From Octopus sinensis (Eukaryota): a stretch of DNA of 64,000 nt. Made by a program: the position numbers and the translations under genes. Positions 63,698 through 64,000 of the stretch are shown here, piece by piece. The stretch is from positions 91,822,001 to 91,886,000 of the forward strand of contig NC_042997.1 of assembly GCF_006345805.1 (NCBI RefSeq), given 5' to 3'. Under the pieces are notes generated by a model. The model was not told where the DNA came from. It saw only the letters and a program-made list of their open reading frames with translations, and did no database searches. The first letter of the stretch is position 1. The number at the start of each line of letters is the position of its first letter.

Positions 63698-64000
63698 CGA
63701 GGTGGTATCAAAACGTTCCCAGACTAGTTCTGTAGCATACCAACAGATGACAGCACATGGTTGCATGTGCAGTGAGAGCTAGCAGTGGCCTTCATGAGGC
63801 AGTGTGCAAGTGACATCACTGTGTTTACTTTGCAAGTTGTGAAATTTGTGTTTTTGTGATAACGCATATGCTGTTGTCTGTGATTTTGTCATGGACAGGA
63901 AGGTGGAACAAAGAGCCAACGTGAAATTTGACACTAAACTTGGGAAGTCTGCTACAGAGAGTTGAGCATACTTCAGCAAGATTATGGCAACGAGGCAAGG
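63698..64000 (+). mobile_element. mariner element 5' end (runs off the window)
   Basis: TA|CGAGGTGGTATCAAAA; ATG at 63891 gives MDRKVEQRANVKFDTKLGKSATEMLSILQQDYGNEA. Confidence 0.85.

Overview
AT-rich animal DNA dominated by repeats. It looks like octopus (cephalopod) genomic sequence, inferred from the tRNA-headed SINE families, the RTE/Tx1/Dong/CR1/Penelope relics and the very dense (TA)n/(CA)n microsatellites. I recognise no intact host gene, and no tRNA, rRNA or CRISPR array. Nearly all long ORFs in the track are microsatellite translations or decayed transposon ORFs. Main points of interest: (1) two hammerhead-ribozyme relics 0.8 kb apart, both apparently inactivated by the same CpG transition at G12; (2) a Penelope RT fragment joined, one base out of frame, to a Dong/R4 CCHC+RLE endonuclease C-terminus; (3) a series of fold-back inverted duplications with 40, 87, ~270 and ~514 bp arms, mostly anchored on (TA)n; (4) a perfect four-unit heat-shock element in a CpG-rich island, plus a weak chain of minus-strand candidate exons; (5) an apparently identical 340 bp copy placed 7 kb from its donor; (6) a step from CpG-retaining to CpG-depleted sequence near 41-42 kb. 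Everything was read by eye, so boundaries of degenerate elements are approximate.
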